A DNA stretch of 64,000 nucleotides from Amoebophrya sp. A120. Its lineage: Eukaryota > Protista > Dinoflagellata. A model generated the notes under the pieces. The model worked only from the letters and a program-made list of their open reading frames with translations, was not told the origin of the DNA and made no database searches. Location of the stretch: NCBI GenBank assembly GCA_905178155.1, contig CAJINV010000004.1:1391072-1455071 (forward strand), read 5' to 3'. The stretch's first letter is position 1. Each line of letters begins with the position of its first letter. The translations under genes were made by a program, and so were the position numbers. Below, in pieces: positions 37,192 through 50,200 of this stretch.

Positions 37192-38193
37192 ATGTTTGTC
37201 GTCGCCGCCCTAGTTTTCCTGATCGCGGTTCTGTGCCTTCCCTTCCCCCTCGGTGCGAGCTCTTGGTTGGACACAAACTGGCTCGGGAATGAAAACGTCA
37301 CGAACGTGCTGCTTTTCCACGGAATGCAGTTCATTCTGCTGGTGACTTTACTCACGAATCTCGTGCAGTTCCTGGTCTACACCAACAGCGCTAGAAGTAG
37401 GACGACGAGGATTTCTGGGGGCGATAGTGCTGCGAAACAAGAGGAGTTGAACAATTATTGTGGTAACGTTTTGATCCCCGCATCTCGTTCTTCGGACGAG
37501 ACCGGGGTCAATGTTCCAACCACGACTTCTACGACGAAGCCTGGAGAGGTGAACTTCTTCCACCGCCCACCGCCAGCCGGTGGGGAAGACGCTGTTTTAC
37601 TGTCTGTGATGCAGGATGATCCACAGCACGACGGAACAAGCCGGTACTACGGGACGAATGGCATTTTCATGGCGTCCAACAATTCATCATCATCCCTGAC
37701 GGCCTCGCTGTTGTCTTCCCGGAATTATCGAGTGGACGCAGATGAATCGGCACTTCATGCGAAAATAAACAGCACTTCTTCTTGTTCTAAACAATCCCAG
37801 TTCATCCTTCCTTTCCTCTACGGCACGACGGTTCTCGCGGTTGTGGGGCTGGTCACCCCCGCGGCGCTGATTGTGCTCTTCGACACGCACTTGCTCCAGG
37901 ACCCGCGCCCGCGCCTGAGCCAGACCGCCGCGGTGCTGGGCTACTCGGCGCTCATGGCCAGCTGCTGGCTGCAGCTGAAGATGGGAACAAGTGCAGCTGC
38001 CGCGGCGGTGGGAGACCACGACCCGCAAATGTCTTTATCTGCGAAAAGAACATCGGCGGATGAAATAAACTTCGTCGTGTCGGAATCCTCTTTGCTGCAA
38101 CCGAACTGCACCGCGGTGTCAAGCAGTGGACAAAACCGCCAGACTGCAACTACTGCGGCACCACACGGGAATAATTTCAGGGTCGCAGGATGA
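37192..38193 (+). CDS. 333-aa hypothetical membrane protein (about 4 hydrophobic segments)
   Basis: Intronless ORF with two N-terminal and two later hydrophobic helices around a Ser-rich loop. Confidence 0.7.
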   Translation: MFVVAALVFLIAVLCLPFPLGASSWLDTNWLGNENVTNVLLFHGMQFILLVTLLTNLVQFLVYTNSARSRTTRISGGDSAAKQEELNNYCGNVLIPASRSSDETGVNVPTTTSTTKPGEVNFFHRPPPAGGEDAVLLSVMQDDPQHDGTSRYYGTNGIFMASNNSSSSLTASLLSSRNYRVDADESALHAKINSTSSCSKQSQFILPFLYGTTVLAVVGLVTPAALIVLFDTHLLQDPRPRLSQTAAVLGYSALMASCWLQLKMGTSAAAAAVGDHDPQMSLSAKRTSADEINFVVSESSLLQPNCTAVSSSGQNRQTATTAAPHGNNFRVAG

Positions 38194-38811
38194 GTATAAG
38201 GAATTCCCAGTACTAGCAGGGGTCTCTTTTGCCATGTACTTGTGGTTAGTTGCAGATCCTTATCCTTTTTCTATACAGTTTGGCGTACTTGCTGCAGACA
38301 AGTTCTTCGTTTTTTCCCCTTGAAGATGCGCATGCTGGGTCGTGCGGATAATTCTTCACATAGAATCATTTCAATACAAGAACGTGCAACTTATCGAAAT
38401 GTCGATAGAGGACATCACATCAACATGCAAAGAGGAACCAACACCCTGGCGGGAGCCCATGAGGGCCAGCGCTTGACAGTGTCCAATTTATTCCTCGGTG
38501 GCGCGCTGCCGACCGCTGTGTGATGCTCATGCCTAGTACCGCTTCAAAGTATTAATACGTCGCTCTCGCGGCCTCGGTCACCGTGCTTTCCGCAGGAGGA
38601 ATCTTACTCTTAGGTCGTAAAAAGGGCTTCTGAAATACAGCAGTAATTGGCTTTCTGGCTCAGAAGATGCTTTACTTAAGTAGAGATGCTGGTCACGACC
38701 ATCGGTATCAAAGGGAAAGTTCCATACGTCAATGACATCTTCGCATCGGCTATTTTCTGAGGAACAATATTAAACAAAGTCGGGTGAAGTTGTACTAGTT
38801 GTGAAAGAAAG

Positions 38812-40728
38812 ATGGATTGGTTCGCGCACGATTCGGAATTTCTGGAGCAGAACACCCGTCTGCTACGGCAGGCGCAGTTGCAAACGCAACAGACGATTTT
38901 GGAGAGAAAAGAAGACCATGCCACGGTCGAGGAACTGCGGGCGTATTTTTCGAACAAGCTCCGCGCAAAAGTCGCGAAGTACGTCTGGGAAAAGAAGAAA
39001 AAGGAAAGCGAGTTCGAAAGAGTTCAGAAAGGCTTATCCTGAGTAAAAACGTACCCACACCAGAGTTGTAATGCAGATTTGCAAAGACAGGAAGACTCGT
39101 AATGCGCATCCCCATGAGAGCCACTCCGAATCGTGTTTTGGAAATTGTGATGCTGTGAACAGGATGAGCAGATGAATCTGTGACGCGGCTGCACTTGCTA
39201 AACTGCACTACACTGCATAGCGCAACTTGTCATGCGTGACTCACAAAACTCCTAGGTTTGTGTTGCAAAATCCTCATCCTGACTCTGGTGTGGGTACGTT
39301 TTTACTCAGGATAAGGCTTGGTGAAGATTCTAGTCGACAATTAAGGGTCAAAAAAATCCATCCGCTCAACGGCTCCCAAAATGTTTGAAGCCTGGCCAGA
39401 AAAAAGGCATCTGCGCAAGATAGAAGACACGCGCAGCAGTTTGTGACGCTCGGCTTTGTGAGCGCGTTCGCGCTGCAAAGTAGCGACTTGATTTTTTGAA
39501 CCTTTTTGCGGGCCTTCATTTGTGATCGTGCGCCTTTCGGGGCGGAAAAGGAGCTGGGAGCGTTTTATCATCGTTTCCCGCTCTCTCGCAAGACTCTGTG
39601 ACTTGCAGAGCTTGCAAATTTCTTTCAAAACTCAGTTGAAGTTCAAATTTGACTTGAAGCTTTAAGTCAAATTTGAACTTCAGCTGAAGTGTGAAAGAAA
39701 TGAATTAGTCCCACAAGTGGGCCCAACAAACAAATTTCCAATAGGATTTGGCGTTTTCCGGACTTCTGTCGGACACCGCTGAAGGAGTAGAGCAAACAAA
39801 TGTGAGCAAAAAATTGAATGCCTGCAAATTTACGCGAAACGGTGAAAGGTAGGAAAAGGCTGTCAAAATGGTCGCAGCTCGTGTTTTTTGATGCTCCTCG
39901 AATGCGAAGCGGGGCCCTACCGACTTTTCATCCCTTGCAAGAATTACTTCAGCAAACATTTTGGGGACCGGGCTCGGAATGGATTTTTTTCACCCCTAAG
40001 ACAAAGTCGCAGAGAAACGGGCGCTGCAGGGGATTTTTTCAACACATCAAGAGAACGCTTCATCTGCGTTTCAAATAGACCACACGGGCGCTAGCCGAAA
40101 CGACCATGAGCCGCAAGCTCACCCGAGTCGTCGTGGCCATGGGAACAAAATGAAGTCTTACGCGGTCGAAGGGCAGCGGCAAAAATCGCCGGAAATCTTG
40201 GCGCAGGAAGCAACCGACGAGTTGCTCGAATTGAGGAAAAAAACGGATGAGATTGGCGCTCTGAGTAAAGTGTTTGCGAGGGTGGACGATGGCCACGTGG
40301 GGACCGGAAAGCATTCGAGCCAAAAATCTACAATCGAAAAAGACGTCGGAACTACAAAACCCGTGGCAGGAAAAAGTCAACGGGGGATCATATCGATAAA
40401 AACGGGAAGCAGGCGACATCAAGTGCTAGCGGGTCAGTTGGAAGACCTGGAAAAGGAAGCGAGCCGGTTGAAGGAAGAACTGCTGCTATTGCAGTACACC
40501 GGCGGAGTGGATATTGACACGAGTCCCTCGCGGTTACCCATATATTCGAAGGGACAGCATGTTGCCTCGCCGACAGGGGGAACAGCAGGAGACGGAGCAG
40601 GCGAAAGAGAACGAAGTGGTAAAGATAAAGATCCGCTGTTCATCTCGCAGATAGAACTCGCACAGAAAACCGTGGAACTGCTGGCCAGACGGGTAGAAGA
40701 GATGGAAAAAGTCTCGAAACTGAAGTGA
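38812..40728 (+). CDS. Coiled-coil hypothetical protein, three exons separated by two TIR introners
   Basis: MDWFAHDSEF...RVQKG-LVKILVD-KVAEKRALQG...GNK-MKSYAVEGQ...KLK* reads in one frame after removing 39035-39313 and 39341-39999. Confidence 0.8.
39035..39313. mobile_element. Introner family B (279 bp), TSD AGGCT
   Basis: Perfect TATCCTGAGTAAAAACGTACCCACACCAGAGT TIR. Very similar to 6943-7221. Confidence 0.95.
39341..39999. mobile_element. 659-bp fold-back introner (TTA...TAA ends), TSD GACAA
   Basis: TTAAGGGTCAAAAAAATCCAT / ATGGATTTTTTTCACCCCTAA, with a central palindrome at 39618-39701. Removal eliminates the TAA stop and fuses two ORFs. Confidence 0.88.
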
Positions 40729-41448
40729 TTGTAGCGACGTGGGTTCTTCAGCGCCTGTGTAATTTGGATACGATGTTGTGAAACAATCAATGAACAATCA
40801 CACACTTCTGCCGCTCGTCGGGGTTGCATTTTTTGTTCGACAAGACAAAGATTTGCAGATGAAGTCGTATAGCTTGATGTGTACTTTCTTGGCCGTTATT
40901 ATTTTCAGCATTCTTTTTCTTAGCAGGGACAGGCGGGGGATGACGCTCGCTGTCGGTTGTTCTAAAGCATCGTCTTACACTTTTCCTCTGATATAGATAT
41001 TGCGTCGCCAAATTAGAAGAAAGTTATCGTGTCGTGGGTAGGAAAAGCAAAACTTCATGAAGACCATAGAGCATTGTAACTCTCACAGCTTCATCGTAAT
41101 TTCGTTTCTTCGTCACTAGCCACTGTACATGCTTGACATTGATTCCACTTCTCCTACGGTCTGTTGCCCCATCGTAATCTACTAATAATTTTCCGTGCCT
41201 CTGTTCGTTCTTCGTCTGTCACGTCGTGTACCGTGAAGCAACTGAATTCGTTGTCACGACAAACATCAATCATCATCTTCACGTCGTAAAAAAAAAAACT
41301 TCCACTTCGAGTCACAGTCTGGGCTTTTTTTTTCTACCATCGCTAGTAGAGCTTCGGTGGCACTTTATTATTGATTTTGATAATTCAATGCAGTATCTTG
41401 ACCTTCAGTAAATAAGCGCTTCACTCCAGTTGCGCGGGAAAACAAAAA

Positions 41449-43878
41449 ATGGCCAGCAAAAGAACCACGTCTTGGTTTGATATTTGAGGGCATTCTCCTC
41501 CACGAACGAAGCACAGTACTAGGAAAAGGATGAAGGACAGCACGAATCTAGTCGATCCGAACTACGCCAGCCGGCTAGATTCGATCTTCCTGATCCAGGA
41601 TGGGCACACACGGACCGAAGTGGAAACGGTTCGGCAGCATTTGTCGACGAAATACAGTTTACCCTACGTGCCGGGTGGGCCGGTGAAGAGAAAGCGGGAC
41701 CCGCAAAAATTTCCGAGTTTGGACAGAAGTAAAGGGCTGTATGTGCGGAACAACGATAAAAAAGAGTTCGCTGAAGTAGACGCCGAAAAGAATGAACACC
41801 ACTGGACACAGGTTTTATTTAGTAAAATTTGATAAAGCTTGACGCTGTGCATGAGGCAGTGAGCAGTTTATGGTTGTCATGCTTGAAGAACACTGGGAAA
41901 CAAGGAAATGTACGTCATCTTGTGATCTTTCTTCGTCATACAAAAAATCTTCACACAGGATGCCCGCGGCTCGGACATTTATAACCTGGAAACGAACCAC
42001 GAGCAGGCGACGGGGGAAAGTTTTCTTCCGAATGGTGCGCTGAACCAGCAGGAGTTTGGAAAGTATTACTACCGTGCGCGGCAGTTTCCCCTCTACCCGA
42101 AAACCACGAAGCCCACCCCGGCGATGGCCATGGAAGATTTTCTCAACCGCACCATCTCGTTTTCCAGTGGTCCGAGAGGGCGCGGAAACTTCCGGGCTTC
42201 GAAGCACGTATACCAACCTTTCACGACGAAGACGCTGCACGCGCCGTTGCTCTACGTGCAAAGCAGACACCAGTATTATTTTTTGCTTTTTTTGATGATA
42301 CGAGCTACACACGTTTCCAACTACACGCAACGAAAAAGCGAAGACCTCGATGCGAGACGCAAAGAAACTCTGTAAAATTATAATTTCCTAGGCACCAACA
42401 CCTGAAGCGCAGTAAGAGTTACGCCGCGGCCGCACGACAGGCCGCCACGTTGTACGATCCCAGCGGATCTACGATGCGAAATAAGAGTATGATGAGCTCG
42501 ACTTTGATGAGCCCATATTGTATGTAAAAACGTCCCCACCCCATAGTCAAGTTGGGAAATCTGCAAGACAAATCAACAGCCTTTGGCTGTTACGCATGAC
42601 AAGTTTGGGCTCGCAGTGTTGTCCGTGTTTAGCTAGTGCAACAGCATCACAAATCCAGCTTCTCGTGCTAATTTCAAATTAGCACGAGAAGCTGGAGGCG
42701 TTTTTTCGTCGTGTTTTGGAATTTGTGATGCTTAAATTATTTGAGCATCACAAATTCCAAAACACGACGAAAAAACGCGTCTCATGGGGCTCCGCATGAG
42801 AGACATTTTAAGCGTGCAGATTTGCGCGACAGCTATGGGATGGGGATGTTTTTCCACAGGATAGCCCAAACCTTAGCTTGATGTCCAACGACGTGACGAG
42901 CGTGATGGTGGACGGCACGCCCATGCCAGACGTGCTGTTTCTCGGAGAGTATCCAACAAGAAAACTGTTCAAGTGTAACTTTGTGTTGCAAACGATGCAA
43001 GACACTTACAACTATCATGCTGGACATGCGTCAGGGGCTCGTTTCGTACGTGTGTTCACGCGCTAGCTGCGCATGACAGGTTTTCTCTGTCATGGAGAGC
43101 AAACTTCTGATGCTGTTCCTCCAAAATGAAAGTTACATTTACACAGTTTTTTTCTTGCATAGAGAGCAGTCGACTGCTAGCAAGAACACCTCGCAGGTGC
43201 AGCTACCTGGACTATCGACAGATACAAGTGCAGGCGGTCCTGCAGCGCACCAACAGAGCACGACAACCCGGGGTCGCAGCACCACAAGCGTCAAGTTAAA
43301 TTCCGAGCAGGATAAGAGTTTAGAAAAGCACTCCATTCTGGACGACCCGTCACCCGTCCACCGGCAGAAAATGAAAGACGTGGAAAATACCAACGAGCCA
43401 TCAGGACTCGCCCTAGATCGTCAGATGGCAGCGATGAATGCGACGTCGACAGCGTCTGTGCACACATCGTCACATGTTGGCGGAGGTAGTACTAGTAAAG
43501 CGAAGAAAAGCAGTTCAAAGCTGTCCGTTGGTGGAAAGAATAGTAATGGGAACAACAAGAGCAGCAAGCGAGCTTCTGTAGTTGCAACGGACGAGAAAAA
43601 TCCGCCCGAGCCCGATGGGGTTATTGGGAGGAATTACAATCTCATGTCGCTAGAGGACGTCGCGCGAGTGCTATGCATTGCAAATATGTCTGGGTCTGGA
43701 AGACTGCAACACTTGTCATGCACATTTTGTATGACCCACGAGGTCTGGAATGCAGAACCTAGCATGAGAGATTCTGTGAGGTCTCCATCATGCCAATGCT
43801 GCATGAGAAACTCCCTCGCAGCTTGGTCGAAAGTGGACAGCTTTTGGCAGTCATGCAACACAGATTTTTGCATGATTC
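41449..43878 (+). CDS. 5' part of a multi-exon hypothetical gene, truncated at the assembly gap (full copy at 50922-58112)
   Basis: MASKRTT-TRKRMKDSTNLV... with GT-AG introns and introners; matches the second copy. Confidence 0.6.
42516..42863. mobile_element. Introner family B in reverse orientation (348 bp) with two internal hairpins, TSD GCCCA
   Basis: Family-B ends. Internal sequence is the reverse complement of 10149-10428. Removal gives TLMSP-NLSLMS. Confidence 0.9.
43672..43878. mobile_element. Family A introner truncated by the N gap
   Basis: Left TIR preceded by AGTGC; complete copy at 53145-53406. Confidence 0.85.
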
Positions 43879-43978
43879 NNNNNNNNNNNNNNNNNNNNNN
43901 NNNNNNNNNNNNNNNNNNNNNNNNNNNNNNNNNNNNNNNNNNNNNNNNNNNNNNNNNNNNNNNNNNNNNNNNNNNNNN
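43879..43978. other. Assembly gap (100 N)
   Basis: Run of 100 Ns. Confidence 1.
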
Positions 43979-46663
43979 GTCAGCCGTTTGCAATGCTGAG
44001 CAACTAGACCCATACGCCCCTACCTAGCCCGGGGATCTGGCCGCAATGCCTTCCTGCAATACAAATCTGACTTGTGTACGCAAATCCAGCATCACAGATT
44101 TCCTTTTCGATATGGGGTGGGGGCTTTTTTCACTTTGATAATAGAGGCGGAATGAACACGGTGCCCGCTAGTAGTTCCAGTGTAAACCCAACGCCAACGC
44201 TGGCGCCGCAAGAGGATGTCGTCATGGAGGACGTGGAGGGAGAGGATGTACGACGTCCTATCGAGGCAAAAAGAAACGGCGAGGGCGACGATGATCTTCA
44301 CGAAAGAAGAGGACTACAAGCAGCGGACGGCGACAAAGACGACGGAGTAGGACTACAACTAGACGATCTCGGACGGATACGTCTCAACAGTCGGGAACGC
44401 ATCAACTCCCAAGGGGTGATTTCCACCTCCAGCATCTGTTACTTCGACGAGGAGACGAACCGGGAGGCGCCGGACAGTGGGGGAAAGCCAAGGAAATTGA
44501 TCAGCAGCAGTTTGAAGAGTTTGAAGAGGAGCAGTCGGAAGAAGGAGGAGCTGCTGTTTCTTGCGAGGGAGAAAAATGACTCGCCTCCTTCGAAGGCGAA
44601 AGCAGACGGTTCGGATCGTGAAAACCACAATGATAAAGCCGCTCCCAGAACGCCGCCCTCCAAAAGGATAAGTGCCACCAGGCGAAAGAAGCAACAGGCA
44701 CCGCATGATCCAGCGGGAAAAAACACCGCTCAGGAGGAAGAAGATCCGGAGATGCTGCGACTTATTCAAGCGGAGCTAGACGGTCCGAGACCGGTCGAAA
44801 CTCTGGCCAAGGAGTCAATGACCCCGCCCTTGGTGTCCGACGTGCTCGATAAGCAACTTGCCCGGTTCAACGAGTTCAACTTCCAGGAGGACACAGGGTC
44901 GGACTCGGAGACCTCGAACAAACAAAGCGACGAGGACCTCGGGTGGAACAGCCCCAACGCGGAGCGGCGGCACGAGATGAATGCGAAGTGGAAGCACGAT
45001 ATCCAGGAAAAAAACACCCATCCCCATCCAATTTGTCATGCCAACCATGCATAAGCTCCCTTGTTTGCCATGCAAAAAATGGATGGGGATGGGTGTTTTT
45101 TCCTGGATACACGAGTACCTGAAGAACGAAGCCAAGAACAAGAAGGTGACGCTGAAGCGGGAGCGGCAGGAAAAGGCGGAGCGCGAGAGAAGGAAGGCGC
45201 GGCGGGAGGCCGAAATGAAGGATGTACCGGACGCGCGGGAGTACTACAAAAAGCTTGCCCGGGACCAGCGGAAGCGCCGGAAGCTGGAAAACCGACTACT
45301 CGACAACGATGGCGCAGATGAGCACCATCACATCACCGCGGCCGCCTTGGCGGCTGTTTCGGACGACGAGGACGAGGACGAAGCGGAAGAGGGGGGACAG
45401 GACGCAGATGATTTTGAGGACGTTATGAGAGTGGACATGTCGACGTCCCCCTTCTTCTTATTGATGTGATTGTGATCATGGTCATGCTCTTCTCAACTAC
45501 ATAAGGTCAGCTTGCGAAGTGGAGCTTTATTCGCATGGCAAATCCAAGCCAGCACTGCAGTGCAGTCTTTTCGGTAGTTGTCACGCAAATGCGGGCAAAG
45601 TGCCGTTATAGGATTTAGCATTTACCATGACAAATGGGAGGGGGAGCAGTAGTTGTACACTTTCATAGACGTCTTCGCCTTTCTCGACGGCACCGACGAA
45701 AATGGGCAGAAGTTGGAGGATTGGTAGAGCCGGAACGATATAAACAGGCACGACTTGTTGTTGCTGCTTCTTGAGAAAGGGTGCTCGAGCTAGGGAAGGA
45801 AGAAGAGGCTTTTAAGAATTCTGCTTCTTTGCCATTTTGCTTGAGAAAATATGTAATTTTCCGCGTCGTCGGTAGTTAAAGGCTTGCTTCCTTGTACCAC
45901 TAGGGTGGTCGTGTAAGAATCTACTACCCCACCTGAGATGAAATAACTGGCGTTTACGTACTAAACCGCCTCATTGGGAGGAAGTACAACTAGAAGAAGC
46001 GTTTGATTGATCCAGATCCACGTATAATTAGACGATTAGATGAACATCAAGAATTTGCCACGTATTATTCATTGATACCACAAGCGGATGAAGTTTGAAA
46101 ATCGAATGCTTCGGTTGAAAACCGAGCTGTTTGGATTTTCCCGAAAAAATAACTTCTGTCATCTTCCACCAGAAAAACTTGAACTGCAAAACGTCGATGT
46201 CGTAGTAGTCGCAGTAGAGCACCTGTGTGTCTACTGCGCCTTCCACTGCTGCCCTCTGGTACTTAGATACCCTCTTCCTCGAACTGTTTTGACGAAAAGG
46301 AAAAAGAGAAATAAACTGACGCGCAAAAGGAGAGAACAAGAATATTGAAGCGGGATGAAGTACACGATGTCGTTTTTACGAGAGATTCAGATTTTTCATC
46401 ACTTCGGGAGAGAAGGAACAAAAAACGAAGATTAGCTTCAGCATATTAGCCATGATAGCATCGCGGACTAGTTGTAATTGAGAGTCTGGAAGTTTTTCCC
46501 TGCACCGACATTGCAGTGGTAGAGCAACCTCGCTCTCGAAGAGAAATAAAGGGAGCTAGAGCTAGAAGTAAAAAAGCAGTCGTCAGAACAGAGCTCGCTT
46601 TATCAAAAGAACTACAACGCGGTAAGTAGTGGTTAGTCGTTCCCAATAGACAATAACGTCATC

Positions 46664-47665
46664 ATGTTTGTCGTCGCCGCCCTAGTTTTCCTGATCGCGG
46701 TTCTGTGCCTTCCCTTCCCCCTCGGTGCGAGCTCTTGGTTGGACACAAACTGGCTCGGGAATGAAAACGTCACGAACGTGCTGCTTTTCCACGGAATGCA
46801 GTTCATTCTGCTGGTGACTTTACTCACGAATCTCGTGCAGTTCCTGGTCTACACCAACAGCGCTAGAAGTAGGACGACGAGGATTTCTGGGGGCGATAGT
46901 GCTGCGAAACAAGAGGAGTTGAACAATTATTGTGGTAACGTTTTGATCCCCGCATCTCGTTCTTCGGACGAGACCGGGGTCAATGTTCCAACCACGACTT
47001 CTACGACGAAGCCTGGAGAGGTGAACTTCTTCCACCGCCCACCGCCAGCCGGTGGGGAAGACGCTGTTTTACTGTCTGTGATGCAGGATGATCCACAGCA
47101 CGACGGAACAAGCCGGTACTACGGGACGAATGGCATTTTCATGGCGTCCAACAATTCATCATCATCCCTGACGGCCTCGCTGTTGTCTTCCCGGAATTAT
47201 CGAGTGGACGCAGATGAATCGGCACTTCATGCGAAAATAAACAGCACTTCTTCTTGTTCTAAACAATCCCAGTTCATCCTTCCTTTCCTCTACGGCACGA
47301 CGGTTCTCGCGGTTGTGGGGCTGGTCACCCCCGCGGCGCTGATTGTGCTCTTCGACACGCACTTGCTCCAGGACCCGCGCCCGCGCCTGAGCCAGACCGC
47401 CGCGGTGCTGGGCTACTCGGCGCTCATGGCCAGCTGCTGGCTGCAGCTGAAGATGGGAACAAGTGCAGCTGCCGCGGCGGTGGGAGACCACGACCCGCAA
47501 ATGTCTTTATCTGCGAAAAGAACATCGGCGGATGAAATAAACTTCGTCGTGTCGGAATCCTCTTTGCTGCAACCGAACTGCACCGCGGTGTCAAGCAGTG
47601 GACAAAACCGCCAGACTGCAACTACTGCGGCACCACACGGGAATAATTTCAGGGTCGCAGGATGA
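46664..47665 (+). CDS. Duplicate copy of the 333-aa membrane protein (37192-38193)
   Basis: Identical ORF. Confidence 0.65.
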   Translation: MFVVAALVFLIAVLCLPFPLGASSWLDTNWLGNENVTNVLLFHGMQFILLVTLLTNLVQFLVYTNSARSRTTRISGGDSAAKQEELNNYCGNVLIPASRSSDETGVNVPTTTSTTKPGEVNFFHRPPPAGGEDAVLLSVMQDDPQHDGTSRYYGTNGIFMASNNSSSSLTASLLSSRNYRVDADESALHAKINSTSSCSKQSQFILPFLYGTTVLAVVGLVTPAALIVLFDTHLLQDPRPRLSQTAAVLGYSALMASCWLQLKMGTSAAAAAVGDHDPQMSLSAKRTSADEINFVVSESSLLQPNCTAVSSSGQNRQTATTAAPHGNNFRVAG

Positions 47666-48283
47666 GTATAAGGAATTCCCAGTACTAGCAGGGGTCTCTT
47701 TTGCCATGTACTTGTGGTTAGTTGCAGATCCTTATCCTTTTTCTATACAGTTTGGCGTACTTGCTGCAGACAAGTTCTTCGTTTTTTCCCCTTGAAGATG
47801 CGCATGCTGGGTCGTGCGGATAATTCTTCACATAGAATCATTTCAATACAAGAACGTGCAACTTATCGAAATGTCGATAGAGGACATCACATCAACATGC
47901 AAAGAGGAACCAACACCCTGGCGGGAGCCCATGAGGGCCAGCGCTTGACAGTGTCCAATTTATTCCTCGGTGGCGCGCTGCCGACCGCTGTGTGATGCTC
48001 ATGCCTAGTACCGCTTCAAAGTATTAATACGTCGCTCTCGCGGCCTCGGTCACCGTGCTTTCCGCAGGAGGAATCTTACTCTTAGGTCGTAAAAAGGGCT
48101 TCTGAAATACAGCAGTAATTGGCTTTCTGGCTCAGAAGATGCTTTACTTAAGTAGAGATGCTGGTCACGACCATCGGTATCAAAGGGAAAGTTCCATACG
48201 TCAATGACATCTTCGCATCGGCTATTTTCTGAGGAACAATATTAAACAAAGTCGGGTGAAGTTGTACTAGTTGTGAAAGAAAG

Positions 48284-50200
48284 ATGGATTGGTTCGCGCA
48301 CGATTCGGAATTTCTGGAGCAGAACACCCGTCTGCTACGGCAGGCGCAGTTGCAAACGCAACAGACGATTTTGGAGAGAAAAGAAGACCATGCCACGGTC
48401 GAGGAACTGCGGGCGTATTTTTCGAACAAGCTCCGCGCAAAAGTCGCGAAGTACGTCTGGGAAAAGAAGAAAAAGGAAAGCGAGTTCGAAAGAGTTCAGA
48501 AAGGCTTATCCTGAGTAAAAACGTACCCACACCAGAGTTGTAATGCAGATTTGCAAAGACAGGAAGACTCGTAATGCGCATCCCCATGAGAGCCACTCCG
48601 AATCGTGTTTTGGAAATTGTGATGCTGTGAACAGGATGAGCAGATGAATCTGTGACGCGGCTGCACTTGCTAAACTGCACTACACTGCATAGCGCAACTT
48701 GTCATGCGTGACTCACAAAACTCCTAGGTTTGTGTTGCAAAATCCTCATCCTGACTCTGGTGTGGGTACGTTTTTACTCAGGATAAGGCTTGGTGAAGAT
48801 TCTAGTCGACAATTAAGGGTCAAAAAAATCCATCCGCTCAACGGCTCCCAAAATGTTTGAAGCCTGGCCAGAAAAAAGGCATCTGCGCAAGATAGAAGAC
48901 ACGCGCAGCAGTTTGTGACGCTCGGCTTTGTGAGCGCGTTCGCGCTGCAAAGTAGCGACTTGATTTTTTGAACCTTTTTGCGGGCCTTCATTTGTGATCG
49001 TGCGCCTTTCGGGGCGGAAAAGGAGCTGGGAGCGTTTTATCATCGTTTCCCGCTCTCTCGCAAGACTCTGTGACTTGCAGAGCTTGCAAATTTCTTTCAA
49101 AACTCAGTTGAAGTTCAAATTTGACTTGAAGCTTTAAGTCAAATTTGAACTTCAGCTGAAGTGTGAAAGAAATGAATTAGTCCCACAAGTGGGCCCAACA
49201 AACAAATTTCCAATAGGATTTGGCGTTTTCCGGACTTCTGTCGGACACCGCTGAAGGAGTAGAGCAAACAAATGTGAGCAAAAAATTGAATGCCTGCAAA
49301 TTTACGCGAAACGGTGAAAGGTAGGAAAAGGCTGTCAAAATGGTCGCAGCTCGTGTTTTTTGATGCTCCTCGAATGCGAAGCGGGGCCCTACCGACTTTT
49401 CATCCCTTGCAAGAATTACTTCAGCAAACATTTTGGGGACCGGGCTCGGAATGGATTTTTTTCACCCCTAAGACAAAGTCGCAGAGAAACGGGCGCTGCA
49501 GGGGATTTTTTCAACACATCAAGAGAACGCTTCATCTGCGTTTCAAATAGACCACACGGGCGCTAGCCGAAACGACCATGAGCCGCAAGCTCACCCGAGT
49601 CGTCGTGGCCATGGGAACAAAATGAAGTCTTACGCGGTCGAAGGGCAGCGGCAAAAATCGCCGGAAATCTTGGCGCAGGAAGCAACCGACGAGTTGCTCG
49701 AATTGAGGAAAAAAACGGATGAGATTGGCGCTCTGAGTAAAGTGTTTGCGAGGGTGGACGATGGCCACGTGGGGACCGGAAAGCATTCGAGCCAAAAATC
49801 TACAATCGAAAAAGACGTCGGAACTACAAAACCCGTGGCAGGAAAAAGTCAACGGGGGATCATATCGATAAAAACGGGAAGCAGGCGACATCAAGTGCTA
49901 GCGGGTCAGTTGGAAGACCTGGAAAAGGAAGCGAGCCGGTTGAAGGAAGAACTGCTGCTATTGCAGTACACCGGCGGAGTGGATATTGACACGAGTCCCT
50001 CGCGGTTACCCATATATTCGAAGGGACAGCATGTTGCCTCGCCGACAGGGGGAACAGCAGGAGACGGAGCAGGCGAAAGAGAACGAAGTGGTAAAGATAA
50101 AGATCCGCTGTTCATCTCGCAGATAGAACTCGCACAGAAAACCGTGGAACTGCTGGCCAGACGGGTAGAAGAGATGGAAAAAGTCTCGAAACTGAAGTGA
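48284..50200 (+). CDS. Duplicate copy of the coiled-coil gene (38812-40728)
   Basis: Identical ORFs and elements. Confidence 0.7.
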
